From Fibrobacter sp. (lineage in GTDB: Bacteria; Fibrobacterota; Fibrobacteria; Fibrobacterales; Fibrobacteraceae), in the NCBI GenBank assembly GCA_024689485.1, contig JAILDK010000015.1, positions 1,921 to 65,920 on the forward strand: DNA of 64,000 nt, written 5' to 3'. Shown one piece after another: positions 9,217 to 21,000 of this stretch. The position numbers were made by a program, and so were the translations under genes. Below the pieces are notes generated by a model. The model was not told the DNA's origin. It was given only the letters and a program-made list of their open reading frames with translations, and searched no databases. Position 1 is the first letter of the stretch. Every line of letters starts with the position of its first letter.

Positions 9217-10262
<1,046 letters not shown>

Positions 10263-11219
10263 TTAGAACTTGATCGGATAGAGCAAATGGAACTTCACGT
10301 CCGGGTAAACCTGGATGGTCGGGGCCGGAAGCTTGAAGTAGTTGATCCAACGGACGAGATTGCGCGCCCAACGTTCATGCGGTTGAAAAATCGCTTCAAA
10401 GTCGTAATCCAACGCAATGTAGACTTCGTACTTGCCCTTTTCATGCTTAAAGACGCCCTCGTCAATGCTTAAGCCGGCAGCAAGCGCAAGCCAAGACGGA
10501 TAATACTTGCGCGCCCCTTGGGGCAAGAACTTGTGCACCTTGAGCGAAAGCCAAAAAGTCTGGTTGCAATAATCATCCGTGAATACGCCTGTATCGCTTT
10601 GACGGTAATAAGCCTTGGAATTAATCCAATAGCTCCACTTGAGGTCAAAATACTGGAAAGCCGGCACATAACGTTTCGCCATCGGATAAAGGCCGCCAAG
10701 CGTTCCCGAAAGCACGTCAAAAACGCTGAAGCCCCATTCCGGAGAATAACCGTCCTTCACATCGATCGCTACATGGGTCATCATCGCCGAAACCGCAGCC
10801 GCCGCATACGACTGGAATTCCGTGAGGCCCGACCAGTAATAACCCTGGTAAAAAAGTTCCGCAATTGCGACGCCCGCCGCAAAATGCCCGAACTTGTCCA
10901 GGTTCTTCGCATACTCGAAATCGTTTTCAAAATGGAAATCCGAACCTTCTTCTTCCCACCAGCCCTTGGCAAAGACAAGCCCATAAGCCGCACCGTAACT
11001 CGCCGCCGTCAACGCCACCATACCGCTGAACTTGAGCGGCGAAAAGACCTGCAGAGAATCCAAGCCCGGATCTTCTTCGCGGTACGAAAAATTCACATCG
11101 CGCCAGTGGACCGTATCCGCCGAAACTTGCGTTCCGGCAGCAACCGTGGAATCCGCGCTTTCTGCAAAAGCGATCCCGCAGCTGAGCAAAATCAAAAAGA
11201 GGGAAATAAATTTTTTCAC
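10263..11219 (-). CDS. exported/membrane protein, DUF2279 (YfiM)-like
   Basis: A signal peptide is present. The DKFGHFAAGVAIAE motif resembles DUF2279. The C-terminus is aromatic (..LYPIKF). Confidence 0.45.
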   Translation of the reverse strand: MKKFISLFLILLSCGIAFAESADSTVAAGTQVSADTVHWRDVNFSYREEDPGLDSLQVFSPLKFSGMVALTAASYGAAYGLVFAKGWWEEEGSDFHFENDFEYAKNLDKFGHFAAGVAIAELFYQGYYWSGLTEFQSYAAAAVSAMMTHVAIDVKDGYSPEWGFSVFDVLSGTLGGLYPMAKRYVPAFQYFDLKWSYWINSKAYYRQSDTGVFTDDYCNQTFWLSLKVHKFLPQGARKYYPSWLALAAGLSIDEGVFKHEKGKYEVYIALDYDFEAIFQPHERWARNLVRWINYFKLPAPTIQVYPDVKFHLLYPIKF

Positions 11220-11350
11220 GCGTTAACGATAGAAATTTCTGAAAATCTTACTTTCTAATTTCACCCTATTTGACGCCTACAGCGAGGGATAGGAAATTTC
11301 ATGGGTAATCGTATATTTTATATTTACCATTGAATTTTTGAGAATCCGCC

Positions 11351-11818
11351 ATGAAAATTTTGTTTTTTCTCACCATTATCGCATTCACGCTAATAGGCTG
11401 TTCTTCGTCACATCTCTTTACAGAAAAATGGATTGATGATGATGTCGTCGCATCTCTCCGAACAAATCAAAAATGGTCGACAATTCACAAAAGACTGGGC
11501 GCAGCCGTCGTCACCGAATTACACCAAGATACAACAGAATATATCTATAGTTTTAGATCTCACCTCTATGAATCAGGCAAAGACGGATCGATCTTTATGC
11601 CTACCGATAAAGATCGTGTAAATATCTACAACAATATTCCAACATACATCGGAATCGTTGTTTTAAACGATAGGATTATCCAAGTCCGATTACGTCCCGA
11701 CATTCAAAATCGAACCAATCTTCGCACAGTAGAAAGTTCTTCTGTGAGTTGGGGCACCATTTTAGGACTCATCACCGCTGCGGGATGTTTGTTTGCCGCT
11801 TTAATTCTGCTGAATTGA
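11351..11818 (+). CDS. small lipoprotein with a C-terminal TM anchor, function unknown (low-GC gene)
   Basis: Lipobox LIGCSSS. The C-terminal hydrophobic helix is WGTILGLITAAGCLFAALILL. Local GC is about 35-40%, and the gene uses TTA, ATA and AGA codons that are otherwise rare here. Confidence 0.55.
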   Translation: MKILFFLTIIAFTLIGCSSSHLFTEKWIDDDVVASLRTNQKWSTIHKRLGAAVVTELHQDTTEYIYSFRSHLYESGKDGSIFMPTDKDRVNIYNNIPTYIGIVVLNDRIIQVRLRPDIQNRTNLRTVESSSVSWGTILGLITAAGCLFAALILLN

Positions 11819-11868
11819 TTGAAAATTCAGGCAACTTTTCGAAATAGATTGTAAATATGTAAAACAAA

Positions 11869-11894
11869 AAGCCCCTTACGGGGCCTTTTGTTTT
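11869..11894. terminator. bidirectional rho-independent terminator
   Basis: The stem GCCCC-ttac-GGGGC is flanked by an A-run and a T-run. It sits between the convergent gene ends at 11818 (+) and 11911 (-). Confidence 0.65.
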
Positions 11895-11910
11895 ACTGAG
11901 AATTCAGAAA

Positions 11911-13146
11911 TTACTTCGCCTTGCCGAAGATCACAACGCTGTTGTGACCGCCAAAGCCGAAGCTGTTGGACATCGCGTAGTCGAACTTGTGATCGACAGA
12001 GCCGTCCTTGCAGACGTCGAGCTTGATCGCCGGATCCTGTTCTTCGATGTTGATGGAACCATGCACCTTCTGGTCGATGAGAGACTTGATGGTGATGATG
12101 CCTTCGATCGCGGAAGCAGCACCGAGCATGTGACCGATCATCCCCTTCGAAGAGTTGATCTTCAAGTTGGCCACGTCGCCCTTGTAAACGTCATAGATGG
12201 CGCCGCATTCTGCCACGTCGCCGAGCGGAGTGGAAGTGCCATGCGTGTTGATGTAGCCGACCTGCTGCGGTTCGAGCTTTGCGTCGCGGAGAGCGGCTTC
12301 AATTGCGAGCTTCACACCTGCGCCGTCTTCACGCGGAGCGGTAATGTGGTGAGCGTCAGCGGAAAGGCCGACACCTGCGATCGTTGCAAGAATCTTTGCA
12401 CCGCGCTTTTCAGCGTGGCTGCGGCTTTCGAGAACCATGATAGCGGAACCTTCACCAATGACGAAGCCATCGCGGTTCTTGTCGAACGGACGGGATGCAT
12501 GAGCCGGATCGTCGTTACGACGGGAAAGGGCATGCATGTTGGCGAAGCCAGCGAGAGCAACCGGAGTCACCGCTTCTTCGGTACCGCCAGCAACCATCAC
12601 GTCAGCGCGGCCGAGACGGATCTGGTCTGCAGCGGCGATCAAAGCGTGGTTGGAGGAAGCGCAAGCAGAGGTCGTCACGAAGTTCGGACCCATGAAGCCG
12701 AGACGGATGGAGATTTCACCCGTTGCCATGTTCGTAATGGACATCGGAATGAAGAACGGGGACACGCGACGCGGGCCCTTCGTAGCGAGAGCTGCAGAAC
12801 CATCATAATAGATGTCCATGCCACCCATACCGGAAGCGACGATCACGCCAGCACGGGTCTTGTCCACCTGTTCGAGGTTCAAACCGGAATCCTTGACCGC
12901 GTTCAATGCAGCATAGACCGCATAACGGATGTTGCGAGAGTAACGCTTCTGGTCACGGGCGTTGAAATTTTCGGAATCGTCAAAGTCCTTCACTTCCGAA
13001 GCAAAGTGCACTTCGTAGGCAGACGTATCCATCTTTTCGATGTTCGAGATGCCGCACTTGCCGGCGAGAAGATTCGCCCAAAGCGTATCCGGATCATTAC
13101 CGAGCGACGAAACGCAGCCCATACCAGTAACAACAACTTCTTCCAT
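11911..13146 (-). CDS. fabF: beta-ketoacyl-ACP synthase II
   Basis: The active-site region is TTSACASSNHAL. The HGTSTP and GHMLGAAS motifs are present. The C-terminus is NSFGFGGHN. Size is 411 aa. Confidence 0.92.
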   Translation of the reverse strand: MEEVVVTGMGCVSSLGNDPDTLWANLLAGKCGISNIEKMDTSAYEVHFASEVKDFDDSENFNARDQKRYSRNIRYAVYAALNAVKDSGLNLEQVDKTRAGVIVASGMGGMDIYYDGSAALATKGPRRVSPFFIPMSITNMATGEISIRLGFMGPNFVTTSACASSNHALIAAADQIRLGRADVMVAGGTEEAVTPVALAGFANMHALSRRNDDPAHASRPFDKNRDGFVIGEGSAIMVLESRSHAEKRGAKILATIAGVGLSADAHHITAPREDGAGVKLAIEAALRDAKLEPQQVGYINTHGTSTPLGDVAECGAIYDVYKGDVANLKINSSKGMIGHMLGAASAIEGIITIKSLIDQKVHGSINIEEQDPAIKLDVCKDGSVDHKFDYAMSNSFGFGGHNSVVIFGKAK

Positions 13147-13232
13147 TTTATTCCTTTTGTTTTCAGGTGATCCACCCCGAAAGGTGGCTGGATTTCATTA
13201 ATAACGGCATAAATTTATAAATTTCGTATTAA

Positions 13233-13805
13233 ATGAGTATTCAAAATAGAACTGCACCGAATTTAGTTTGGATGGATCTCGAAATGTCGGGTCTAAATCC
13301 CGATCATGACGTTATCCTCGAAATCGCGACGATTGTTACTGACCCGAATTTGAAGATTTTGGGCGAAGGTCCCGTTATCGCCATCCACCAGCCGGAAAAT
13401 ATCCTGAGTTCCATGGACGATTGGAACACAAGACATCATACGCAGAGCGGACTAGTGGAACGCGTCCGCCACTCCCAGTACGACCTCGCCGCCGCCGAAA
13501 AAGTGACCTTGGACTTCATCAAGCAGTTCACCGTCGGCCACGACAAGGACCACAGCGGCAACCTCCTCTGCGGAAATTCCATTACGCAAGACCGCCGATT
13601 CCTGTACAAGTACATGCCGAAGATTTCAAGCTGGCTGAACTACCGCAACGTGGACGTTTCCTCCATCAAGGAACTCGCCTTCCGCTGGTTCCCGGACCTG
13701 CCTGAATTCGAAAAGCAGGAACGCCACCAGGCACTCGACGACATCCGCGAAAGCATCGCAGAGCTTGAATACTACAAGAAGACCATTTTCCATCTCGTTA
13801 AATAG
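13233..13805 (+). CDS. orn: oligoribonuclease
   Basis: LVWMDLEMSGLNPDHDVILEIA (DEDD exonuclease motif I), GNSITQDRRFL and HQALDDIRESI. Size is 190 aa. Confidence 0.92.
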   Translation: MSIQNRTAPNLVWMDLEMSGLNPDHDVILEIATIVTDPNLKILGEGPVIAIHQPENILSSMDDWNTRHHTQSGLVERVRHSQYDLAAAEKVTLDFIKQFTVGHDKDHSGNLLCGNSITQDRRFLYKYMPKISSWLNYRNVDVSSIKELAFRWFPDLPEFEKQERHQALDDIRESIAELEYYKKTIFHLVK

Positions 13806-13810
13806 AGAAG

Positions 13811-15061
13811 ATGCTTGCCCAAAAGCCTCTACCCCCGCTCATTAGACGAATCAACCGGGTGATTCTGATTGTCCTCGCCTTTTTGTGCGTTGTTCAATGT
13901 ACCCGCTGCGCCTTTAGAGACAAAGACGAAGCGGACTCTTACAAAACCGACATTTCCGAAAACTCGGAGGCGGTCCAGGATTCCCTTCCCCAGCGCATCC
14001 TTCCCGACACGGTCGAACCGCAACATCTGGAACAAAGCAACTTCCAGGCGATCAACCTCGACCACGTGTACACCCAAAAGGATACAGGCCTTGCCCACAC
14101 TCTCGACACGTACTTAAGACGCTACCATCCAAGGAACGCTCTTTACCTCGTCGTGGATGCAAAGACAAATGAAATCCTCGCCTGGGGAGAACGCAAGGAC
14201 AGCATCGTCCAGAGCACTCCGGACTACCTTTCCCGCGCCACCTTCCCCGCCGCAAGCCTTGCCAAAACGATCACGGTCGCCGCCGCTTTCGACTCGAAGC
14301 GCTATTCCGTCAACACGGAAGTCCCAATGATCGGCAGCGCCCACACGCTTTACAAGCGCCAGCTGAGCGTCCCCGAAAATTACCGCGGACCGACCGCTCC
14401 GGTTCACCTCGCCTTTGCCAAGTCTTATAATCCGCCCATCGCCCTGATCGGCATGAACGTAGGCGCAAACCGCCTGAAAAAAGCGGCGAGCAAATTCGGG
14501 TTCAACCGCAACTATCCGCAAGGCATTCCAAACCGCAGCCACTACAATCCGCCCGACACCGGTTACGGACTAGCCGAAGTCGCCTGCGGCTTTACCCAAG
14601 AGACCACGATTTCCCCCTTGCAGGCCGCTGGCATGATGCGCGCCGTCGTCACCCAGAAAGCATTCGAAGTTCCCTGGGACAAAAACGGGGCAAACGGTCA
14701 CGCTCCGACAAAGCCGCTCCATCTCGGAATCGAAAAATTCAGCGACAACGCCTACCTCGGACTTCGACAGGTCTTGCATGCGACCGCAACCGAAGGCACT
14801 TCAAGAAAGTACATGAGCAGCAAATACATTTCCCGCAGTTTCTTTGAAGACTTGGAAATCGGCGGAAAAACAGGCTCGCTCGACGGAAGTGACCCCGAAG
14901 GCCGCTACGACTGGTTCATGGGATTCGCCCAGAGCCGTTCCAATCCCGACAAGGCGATTGTCATTGTCATCATGCAAGCCCACGGCAAGATCCGGACTCA
15001 AGTTTCGTCCATGATCGCATCGCTCATCATCAACTATTGGGGAAAGAGGGAACTAAAATGA
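13811..15061 (+). CDS. membrane-anchored penicillin-binding transpeptidase-domain protein
   Basis: An N-terminal TM helix is present. The SxxK (SLAK), SxN (SYN) and KTG (GGKTGS) motifs occur in the canonical order. The stop overlaps the lgt start (ATGA). Confidence 0.7.
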   Translation: MLAQKPLPPLIRRINRVILIVLAFLCVVQCTRCAFRDKDEADSYKTDISENSEAVQDSLPQRILPDTVEPQHLEQSNFQAINLDHVYTQKDTGLAHTLDTYLRRYHPRNALYLVVDAKTNEILAWGERKDSIVQSTPDYLSRATFPAASLAKTITVAAAFDSKRYSVNTEVPMIGSAHTLYKRQLSVPENYRGPTAPVHLAFAKSYNPPIALIGMNVGANRLKKAASKFGFNRNYPQGIPNRSHYNPPDTGYGLAEVACGFTQETTISPLQAAGMMRAVVTQKAFEVPWDKNGANGHAPTKPLHLGIEKFSDNAYLGLRQVLHATATEGTSRKYMSSKYISRSFFEDLEIGGKTGSLDGSDPEGRYDWFMGFAQSRSNPDKAIVIVIMQAHGKIRTQVSSMIASLIINYWGKRELK

Positions 15062-15939
15062 CCCAAGCGACAGATTTGACATGGTGGAATCTCATTCCGA
15101 CGCACTTCGACGGCATCGCTCTTACGATTCCCGGTTTGAATTTCCCGGTACACTGGTACGGACTGATGTACCTGTTCGCCTTCTTTACCTGCTACATGAT
15201 CATCTGGAAAACGAATGTTCGTCAGAACATCGGCATTCAAAAGGAACAGATGGACAGTTTTGTCACCTGGGTGATCGCGGGTATTCTGATCGGGGCGCGC
15301 CTCGGCTATGTGCTCTTTTATAATCCGGCGCATTACATGGCAAACCCGCTCGAAATCATTACGCCTTTCCGCTACAGTGCAGAACAGGGCTTCTACTTTG
15401 TCGGAATTTCGGGCATGTCGTATCACGGCGGTTTGATCGGAGCGATTCTTTTTGGCATTCTTGGAATGCGCAAGAACAAGCTTCCGGTTTGGGAAACTTT
15501 GAACCTCGGATTTCTCGCGGTGCCGCTCGGCTACAGCTGGGGACGTTGGGGAAACTTTGTGAACGGCGAACTTTTCGGCGAAGTCACGACAAGTCCTATC
15601 GGCATGATCTTCCCCGCCGCCGGAGATTTTCAGTTGCACCATCCGTCGCAACTGTACGAAATGCTCTTTGAAGGAATCATCCTTTTTGGAATCCTTTTCT
15701 GGCTCAGCCATTACAAGCTTTTCAAAAAACAGATGCTTCCGCTTTACCTGATGGGCTACGGCATTTTCCGATTCTTTATCGAATTTTTCCGCCGCCCGGA
15801 CAACTTCCTCGGCCGAAACGATCTGATCGGAATGAGCCGTGGTCAGACCCTTTGCCTTCTCATGGTCCTTGCCGGACTGATCATTTTCATTTGGGAATAC
15901 AGACGGGAGCACAAACAAATCACCGCTGATAATCAATAA
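15058..15939 (+). CDS. lgt: prolipoprotein diacylglyceryl transferase
   Basis: FPVHWYGLMYLFAF, GARLGYV, HGGLIG, GRWGNFVNGELFG and RQTLC-type motifs are present. I trimmed the start to the ATG at 15058. Confidence 0.9.
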   Translation: MTQATDLTWWNLIPTHFDGIALTIPGLNFPVHWYGLMYLFAFFTCYMIIWKTNVRQNIGIQKEQMDSFVTWVIAGILIGARLGYVLFYNPAHYMANPLEIITPFRYSAEQGFYFVGISGMSYHGGLIGAILFGILGMRKNKLPVWETLNLGFLAVPLGYSWGRWGNFVNGELFGEVTTSPIGMIFPAAGDFQLHHPSQLYEMLFEGIILFGILFWLSHYKLFKKQMLPLYLMGYGIFRFFIEFFRRPDNFLGRNDLIGMSRGQTLCLLMVLAGLIIFIWEYRREHKQITADNQ

Positions 15940-15950
15940 AGGATAAAACT

Positions 15951-17381
15951 GTGGAAGCGCTGAATCAATTCTTGGAAACCGCCGACGGCCTCGTCTGGGG
16001 CATTCCCCTGATCGTCATCATCCTCTTCGTCGGCATCCTGCTCACCGTTCGACTCGGCTGCCTCCAGGTTCTGAACCTGCACAATGCCCTGCGCTTTGTG
16101 ATTCACAACGAAAAGGACGGCGAAGGCGAAGTTTCGAGTTTCGGCGCCCTCTGCACGGCACTCGCCGCGACCATCGGAACGGGTAACATCGTCGGTGTCG
16201 CAACGGCCATCGGAACCGGCGGTCCGGGCGCTCTCTTCTGGATGGAATTCGCCGCCTTCCTCGGCATGGCGACCAAGTACGCGGAAGGCGTTCTCGCTGT
16301 CAAATATCGCACGGTCGGAGACGATGGAAAGGTTCTCGGCGGTCCGTTCTACTACATCCAAAACGGGATCCAAGAACGCTTCGGCTGGAACATGAAATGG
16401 CTCGCCGTCCTCTTCGCGATCTTCGGCATCGGCGCGGGACTTTTCGGCATCGGAACGATTACGCAGATCAACGGCATTACTTCTGCCGTAAATACGATTC
16501 TCCCTTCCGCTGAATTTGTGAACCTCGGCGGTCATGGAGTTTCTTACACCACAGCCATTACGGGCCTGATCGTTACCGCCTGCGTCGCCTTTGTGATTAT
16601 CGGCGGTCTCCGTCGCATTTCGAAAGTCGCTTCGGTCGTCGTTCCGTTCATGGCGATTTTCTACGTGCTGATCTGCGTCTTCTTCTTGCTTTTGAACTTC
16701 TCGCACATTTCTGCCGCAATCGAAACGATTGTCCGCGCCGCGTTCAATCCGTCCGCGGTAACGGGCGGCGTTGTCGGTACCATGTTCATCGCCATGCAAA
16801 AGGGTATCGCCCGCGGTATCTTCAGCAACGAAGCGGGCCTCGGTTCCGCTCCGATCGCCGCCGCGGCCGCGCGTACCAAAGAACCGGTTCGTCAGGGCCT
16901 TGTCTGCATGACCGGAACCTTCTTCGACACGATCATCATCTGCACCATGACGGGCCTCATCATCGTCATCACGGGCGCTTGGGATCCGAGCCTTGGACTT
17001 GAAGGTGTGAACATCACCATGGAAGCTTTCCGCAGAGGGTTCAGCATTCTTCCGATCGGCAGCGGATTTGCGCCGTACTTCCTCACGATTTCGCTCGCCT
17101 TTTTCGCCTTCACCACGATCCTCGGCTGGGCTTACTATTCCGAAAAATGTTTGCAGTATCTGATCGGTAAGAGCCGCAAAAAGAAACTCGCCTACCGCTG
17201 GATTTACGTCCTCGCCGTCTTCATCGGCCCGTACCTCACCGTGAGCGCCGTCTGGACCAGCGCAGATATTTTCAACGGCCTGATGGCATTCCCGAACCTC
17301 ATCGCGCTCATCCTTTTGAGCGGTGTCGTCGCCCGCGAAACGAAGGTTTTCCTCGGAAAATTCCAGAACGCGAAGGATTAA
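15951..17381 (+). CDS. alanine/glycine:cation symporter (AGCS family)
   Basis: GEVSSFGALCTALAATIGTGNIVGVATAI, FWMEFAAFLGMATKYAE and SNEAGLGSAPIA. GTG start. The protein is polytopic. Confidence 0.9.
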   Translation: MEALNQFLETADGLVWGIPLIVIILFVGILLTVRLGCLQVLNLHNALRFVIHNEKDGEGEVSSFGALCTALAATIGTGNIVGVATAIGTGGPGALFWMEFAAFLGMATKYAEGVLAVKYRTVGDDGKVLGGPFYYIQNGIQERFGWNMKWLAVLFAIFGIGAGLFGIGTITQINGITSAVNTILPSAEFVNLGGHGVSYTTAITGLIVTACVAFVIIGGLRRISKVASVVVPFMAIFYVLICVFFLLLNFSHISAAIETIVRAAFNPSAVTGGVVGTMFIAMQKGIARGIFSNEAGLGSAPIAAAAARTKEPVRQGLVCMTGTFFDTIIICTMTGLIIVITGAWDPSLGLEGVNITMEAFRRGFSILPIGSGFAPYFLTISLAFFAFTTILGWAYYSEKCLQYLIGKSRKKKLAYRWIYVLAVFIGPYLTVSAVWTSADIFNGLMAFPNLIALILLSGVVARETKVFLGKFQNAKD

Positions 17382-17403
17382 TCTTCCCGTTTATCTAAAA
17401 ATC

Positions 17404-17426
17404 GGGCGTTTTATCGCCCATTTTTG
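17404..17426 (+). terminator. rho-independent terminator after the symporter gene
   Basis: The stem GGGCG-ttttat-CGCCC is followed by ATTTTT. Confidence 0.55.
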
Positions 17427-17430
17427 AGCA

Positions 17431-17459
17431 AAAAAAAGCCGGTCAAAACCGGCTTTTTT
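17431..17459. terminator. bidirectional rho-independent terminator
   Basis: The stem AGCCGG-tcaaaa-CCGGCT is flanked by A8 and T6. It lies between convergent genes. Confidence 0.7.
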
Positions 17460-17462
17460 GCG

Positions 17463-17987
17463 TTAAATCGAGGCTTCGAATTCGGCGAGGAACCTTCTGC
17501 CCTCGGGCCATTCCCCCAGGTGCGTCTTCGCATTGATATGCCCCAGGTTCCCCACATTTACAAAGGCGGAACCCCAAGCTTTGGCAAAAGCTTCGGCACG
17601 TTCAAACGTCACAAACGGGTCGTTCGTGCTGGCAATCACCATCGACGGAACGGGCAGTTTTTGCATGGGCATCGGCGCAAAATCGTGGATAATTTCCACA
17701 GAATCCGCATCCGGCGGCGCCACGAGGAAAGCGCCTTTCACATACGGATTCTTCTCTTCTAGTAGCCATTCGACAGCCGTCACAACGCCAAGGCTATGCG
17801 CCACAAGCACCGTATCGGAATCTAACTTGGAAATATACCGCGAAAGCCTACTTACCCAATCACATTTCTCTGGATGATCCCAGTTTTCTTGCACAACGCG
17901 ACTCGTATCGGGAAGGCTCTTTTCCCAAAAACTTTGCCAATGATCTGGCCCCGAGTTGTTCAGCCCCGGAATAATCAAATGATGCAT
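17463..17987 (-). CDS. alpha/beta serine hydrolase, YdeN/RBBP9 family
   Basis: Size is 174 aa. N-terminus is IIPGLNNSGPDHWQ. The nucleophile elbow is AHSLG. Asp and His lie near the C-terminus (NDPFV.., LGHIN). Confidence 0.7.
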   Translation of the reverse strand: MHHLIIPGLNNSGPDHWQSFWEKSLPDTSRVVQENWDHPEKCDWVSRLSRYISKLDSDTVLVAHSLGVVTAVEWLLEEKNPYVKGAFLVAPPDADSVEIIHDFAPMPMQKLPVPSMVIASTNDPFVTFERAEAFAKAWGSAFVNVGNLGHINAKTHLGEWPEGRRFLAEFEASI

Positions 17988-18048
17988 GCGCCAAATATAA
18001 TACGCGTCTCTTTCGGAGCAATGCCATTTTTTCTAAATTTGGGGCACT

Positions 18049-21000
18049 ATGAGCAATCAGAATAACGATTTGTGGGTTGGAGTCGACGTTGGATCGACTA
18101 CTGTCAAAATCGCCGTTGTAGATCCGGCCACCGAAAAACTGCTTCACTTTACGTACGAGCGCCATAATGCCATGCAGGCGCAAAAGGTACACGATGTGCT
18201 GGCTACAGCCCACGGTTTGTTCCCCGATAAGAACTTCCGTGTCGCCTTCTGCGGATCGGGCGGTCAGCCCTTTGCAGAAGCGACGCATGCCTTCTTTGTG
18301 CAAGAAGTCGTGGCGAACGCTCTCGCCGTGAGAACGACCCATCCGGAATCCCGAGTCGCGATCGAACTGGGCGGTCAAGACGCCAAGGTCGTGTTCTTCG
18401 AAAAGGACAAAGGCTCGGGCAAATTGATTGCTAGCGACATGCGTATGAACGGTGTCTGCGCTGGCGGTACCGGTGCGTTCATCGACCAGGTCGCAGGACT
18501 CCTCCGCATCAAGACGGAGCAGTTCGAATCTTACGCCGCTCGTGGTAAAAAGGTTTATGAAATTTCTGGCCGTTGCGGCGTGTTCGCCAAAACGGACATT
18601 CAGCCGCTGTTGAACAACGGCGTTTCGAAGGAAGACGTCGCCCTTTCGAGCTTCCACGCGATTGCGAAGCAGACGATCGGCGGCCTTGCCCAGGGCATGG
18701 AAATCAAGCCGCCTGTGATTTTCGAAGGCGGACCTTTGACGTTTAACCCGACGCTCGTGCGCGCCTTCAAGGAACGTCTTGGCATCTCGGACGAACAGGC
18801 GATCCGCCCGGAACACTCCGAAGTGCTCGTCGCCTACGGCGCCGCGCTTTCCGTCGGCAGCATGTTCGGCGACAAGGACTGCGGTTACCGCCGCGACGGT
18901 TCCCTCGACATGCTCGTCCACTTCAACGAGAAGCGTCTCGCCGCCCGTACCGACAAGAACGAACCGTTCTTCAAGAACGAAGCGGAATATGAACTCTTTA
19001 AGCAGCAGCACAAGCTCGCCGACAAGAACTACCCGCAGCCGCTCCCCGGCTCCGAAATCAACGCGTACCTCGGCATCGACGCCGGTTCGACGACCACCAA
19101 GTTCGTTCTGGTGAACGAAGAAGAAAAGGTCATCGACGGCTTCTACGCGAGCAACGAAGGCGAACCTCTCGCCGTGTTGAAAAAAGCTTTGAACGAGCTT
19201 GCCGACCGCTATGAAGAGTACGGTTGCAAGCTGAACATTCTGGGCGTCGGCACAACCGGCTACGGCGAACAGCTCTTTGCCAAGGCCGTCCACGCGGACT
19301 ACCACACGGTCGAAACCGTGGCTCACGCAAACGCGGCCCAGCATCTCTGCCCCGAAGTCTCCTTTATTCTCGACATCGGCGGTCAGGACATGAAGGCGAT
19401 TTCCGTCCACGACGGCGTCGTCACGGGCATCATTCTGAACGAAGCCTGCTCCTCGGGATGCGGATCGTTCATCGAAACCTATGCGAAGTCCCTCGGCGTT
19501 CCGCTCGAAATGATCGCGAAGCTCGCCTTCGACGCCAAGAATCCGTCGCAGCTCGGCTCCCGTTGCACCGTGTTCATGAACAGTTCCATCATCACGGAAC
19601 AGCGTGACGGTAAGCAGCCGGAAGACATCATCGCCGGAATCTGCCGCTCGATCATCCAGAACGTTTTCACGAAGGTGATCCGTATCCGCAACTTGGAAAC
19701 CCTCGGCAAGCACGTCGTCGTCCAGGGCGGTACCTTCAAAAATGACGCCGTCCTCCGCGCTTTCGAGCAGCAGACGGGCATCACCCCGATCCGTCCGGAA
19801 CGCCCGGGCGAAATGGGTGCAATCGGCGTCGCCCTTCTCACCAAAAAGTTCATGGAAGAGAAGAAGAAGGAAAATCCGGACCACAAGACTTCCTTCATCG
19901 GCCTCGAAGCCGCCCGCAATTTGAGCTGGGACAACAAGCCCGGCATGATCTGCCAATACTGCACAAACCACTGCTCCCGCACCATCGTCACCTTCAGTGA
20001 CGGCCAGAGCTTTGTGACCGGCAACCGCTGCGAACGCGGCGAAGTGACCGCCAACCCAGACGATCCGGCAACAAAGAAGCTCATCGCCGAAATCACCAAA
20101 AAGATGATGGCCGTGCCGGACATGGTCAAGCGCACGAACCAGCTTTTGGTGAAGGACTACGCCCCGGCAAAGCTCCTTCCGCAGACCGGCAAAACAATCG
20201 GTATTCCGCGTGTTCTCGACTTCTGGTCGAGCCTGCCGTTCTGGAAGGCTTTCTTCACCTCTCTCGGCTACACGGTCGTCATCAGTAAGCAGAGCGATTA
20301 CAAGCTCTTTGAACGCGGTCTGCAGAGCATCGCGAGCGACACGATCTGCTTCCCGGCAAAGCTTGTCCACGGTCACGTTCTGGACCTCGTCGACAAGAAG
20401 GTCAATTCCATCTTCTTCCCGATGATGGTTGCCATGCCGAGCGATCACACCAAGTTCAAAAAGGCGACAGCCGTTTGCCCGGTCGTCCAGGGTTACCCGG
20501 ACGTCAGCCGCAATTCCGATGATCCGGAAGGCAACTACGGCATTCCGATGATCCAGCCGGTCTTCCACTGGACCGATACGGATCAGCGCAGAAAGCAGAC
20601 CGTCGCCTACTTCCACGAACTCTGGGGCATCAAGAAGAGCATCCTCAAGAAGGCTGTGGAAGAAGGTGAAAAGGCTCTCGGCACCTTCCGTTCGACCTTG
20701 GCCGAAGAAGGCGAAAAGATTCTCTCCGACGTTCGCAAGAACGGCGAATTCGCCATCTGCCTTGCAGGCCGTCCGTATCACGCCGATACGCTCATCAACC
20801 ATAACATTGCACAGCACTTCACGAGCATGGGCATTCCAGTCCTCACGACGGAATCTCTCCCGGGAGTGTTCGACCAAGATCTCGACCACCACACGCGTAT
20901 GGAAGTGAAGAACACGTTCCACATGCGTATGCTCGGTGCGGCGATGCTCGCCGGCAAGGATCCGTCTCTTGAACTCGTTCAGATTGTGAGCTTCGGCTGC

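Noticed and set aside
13175-13192. Small hairpin CCACC-ccgaaa-GGTGG in the fabF/orn divergent spacer
   Set aside because: The stem is only 5 bp with no flanking T-run, and it lies upstream of both genes. That is not enough to call a riboswitch, attenuator or terminator.
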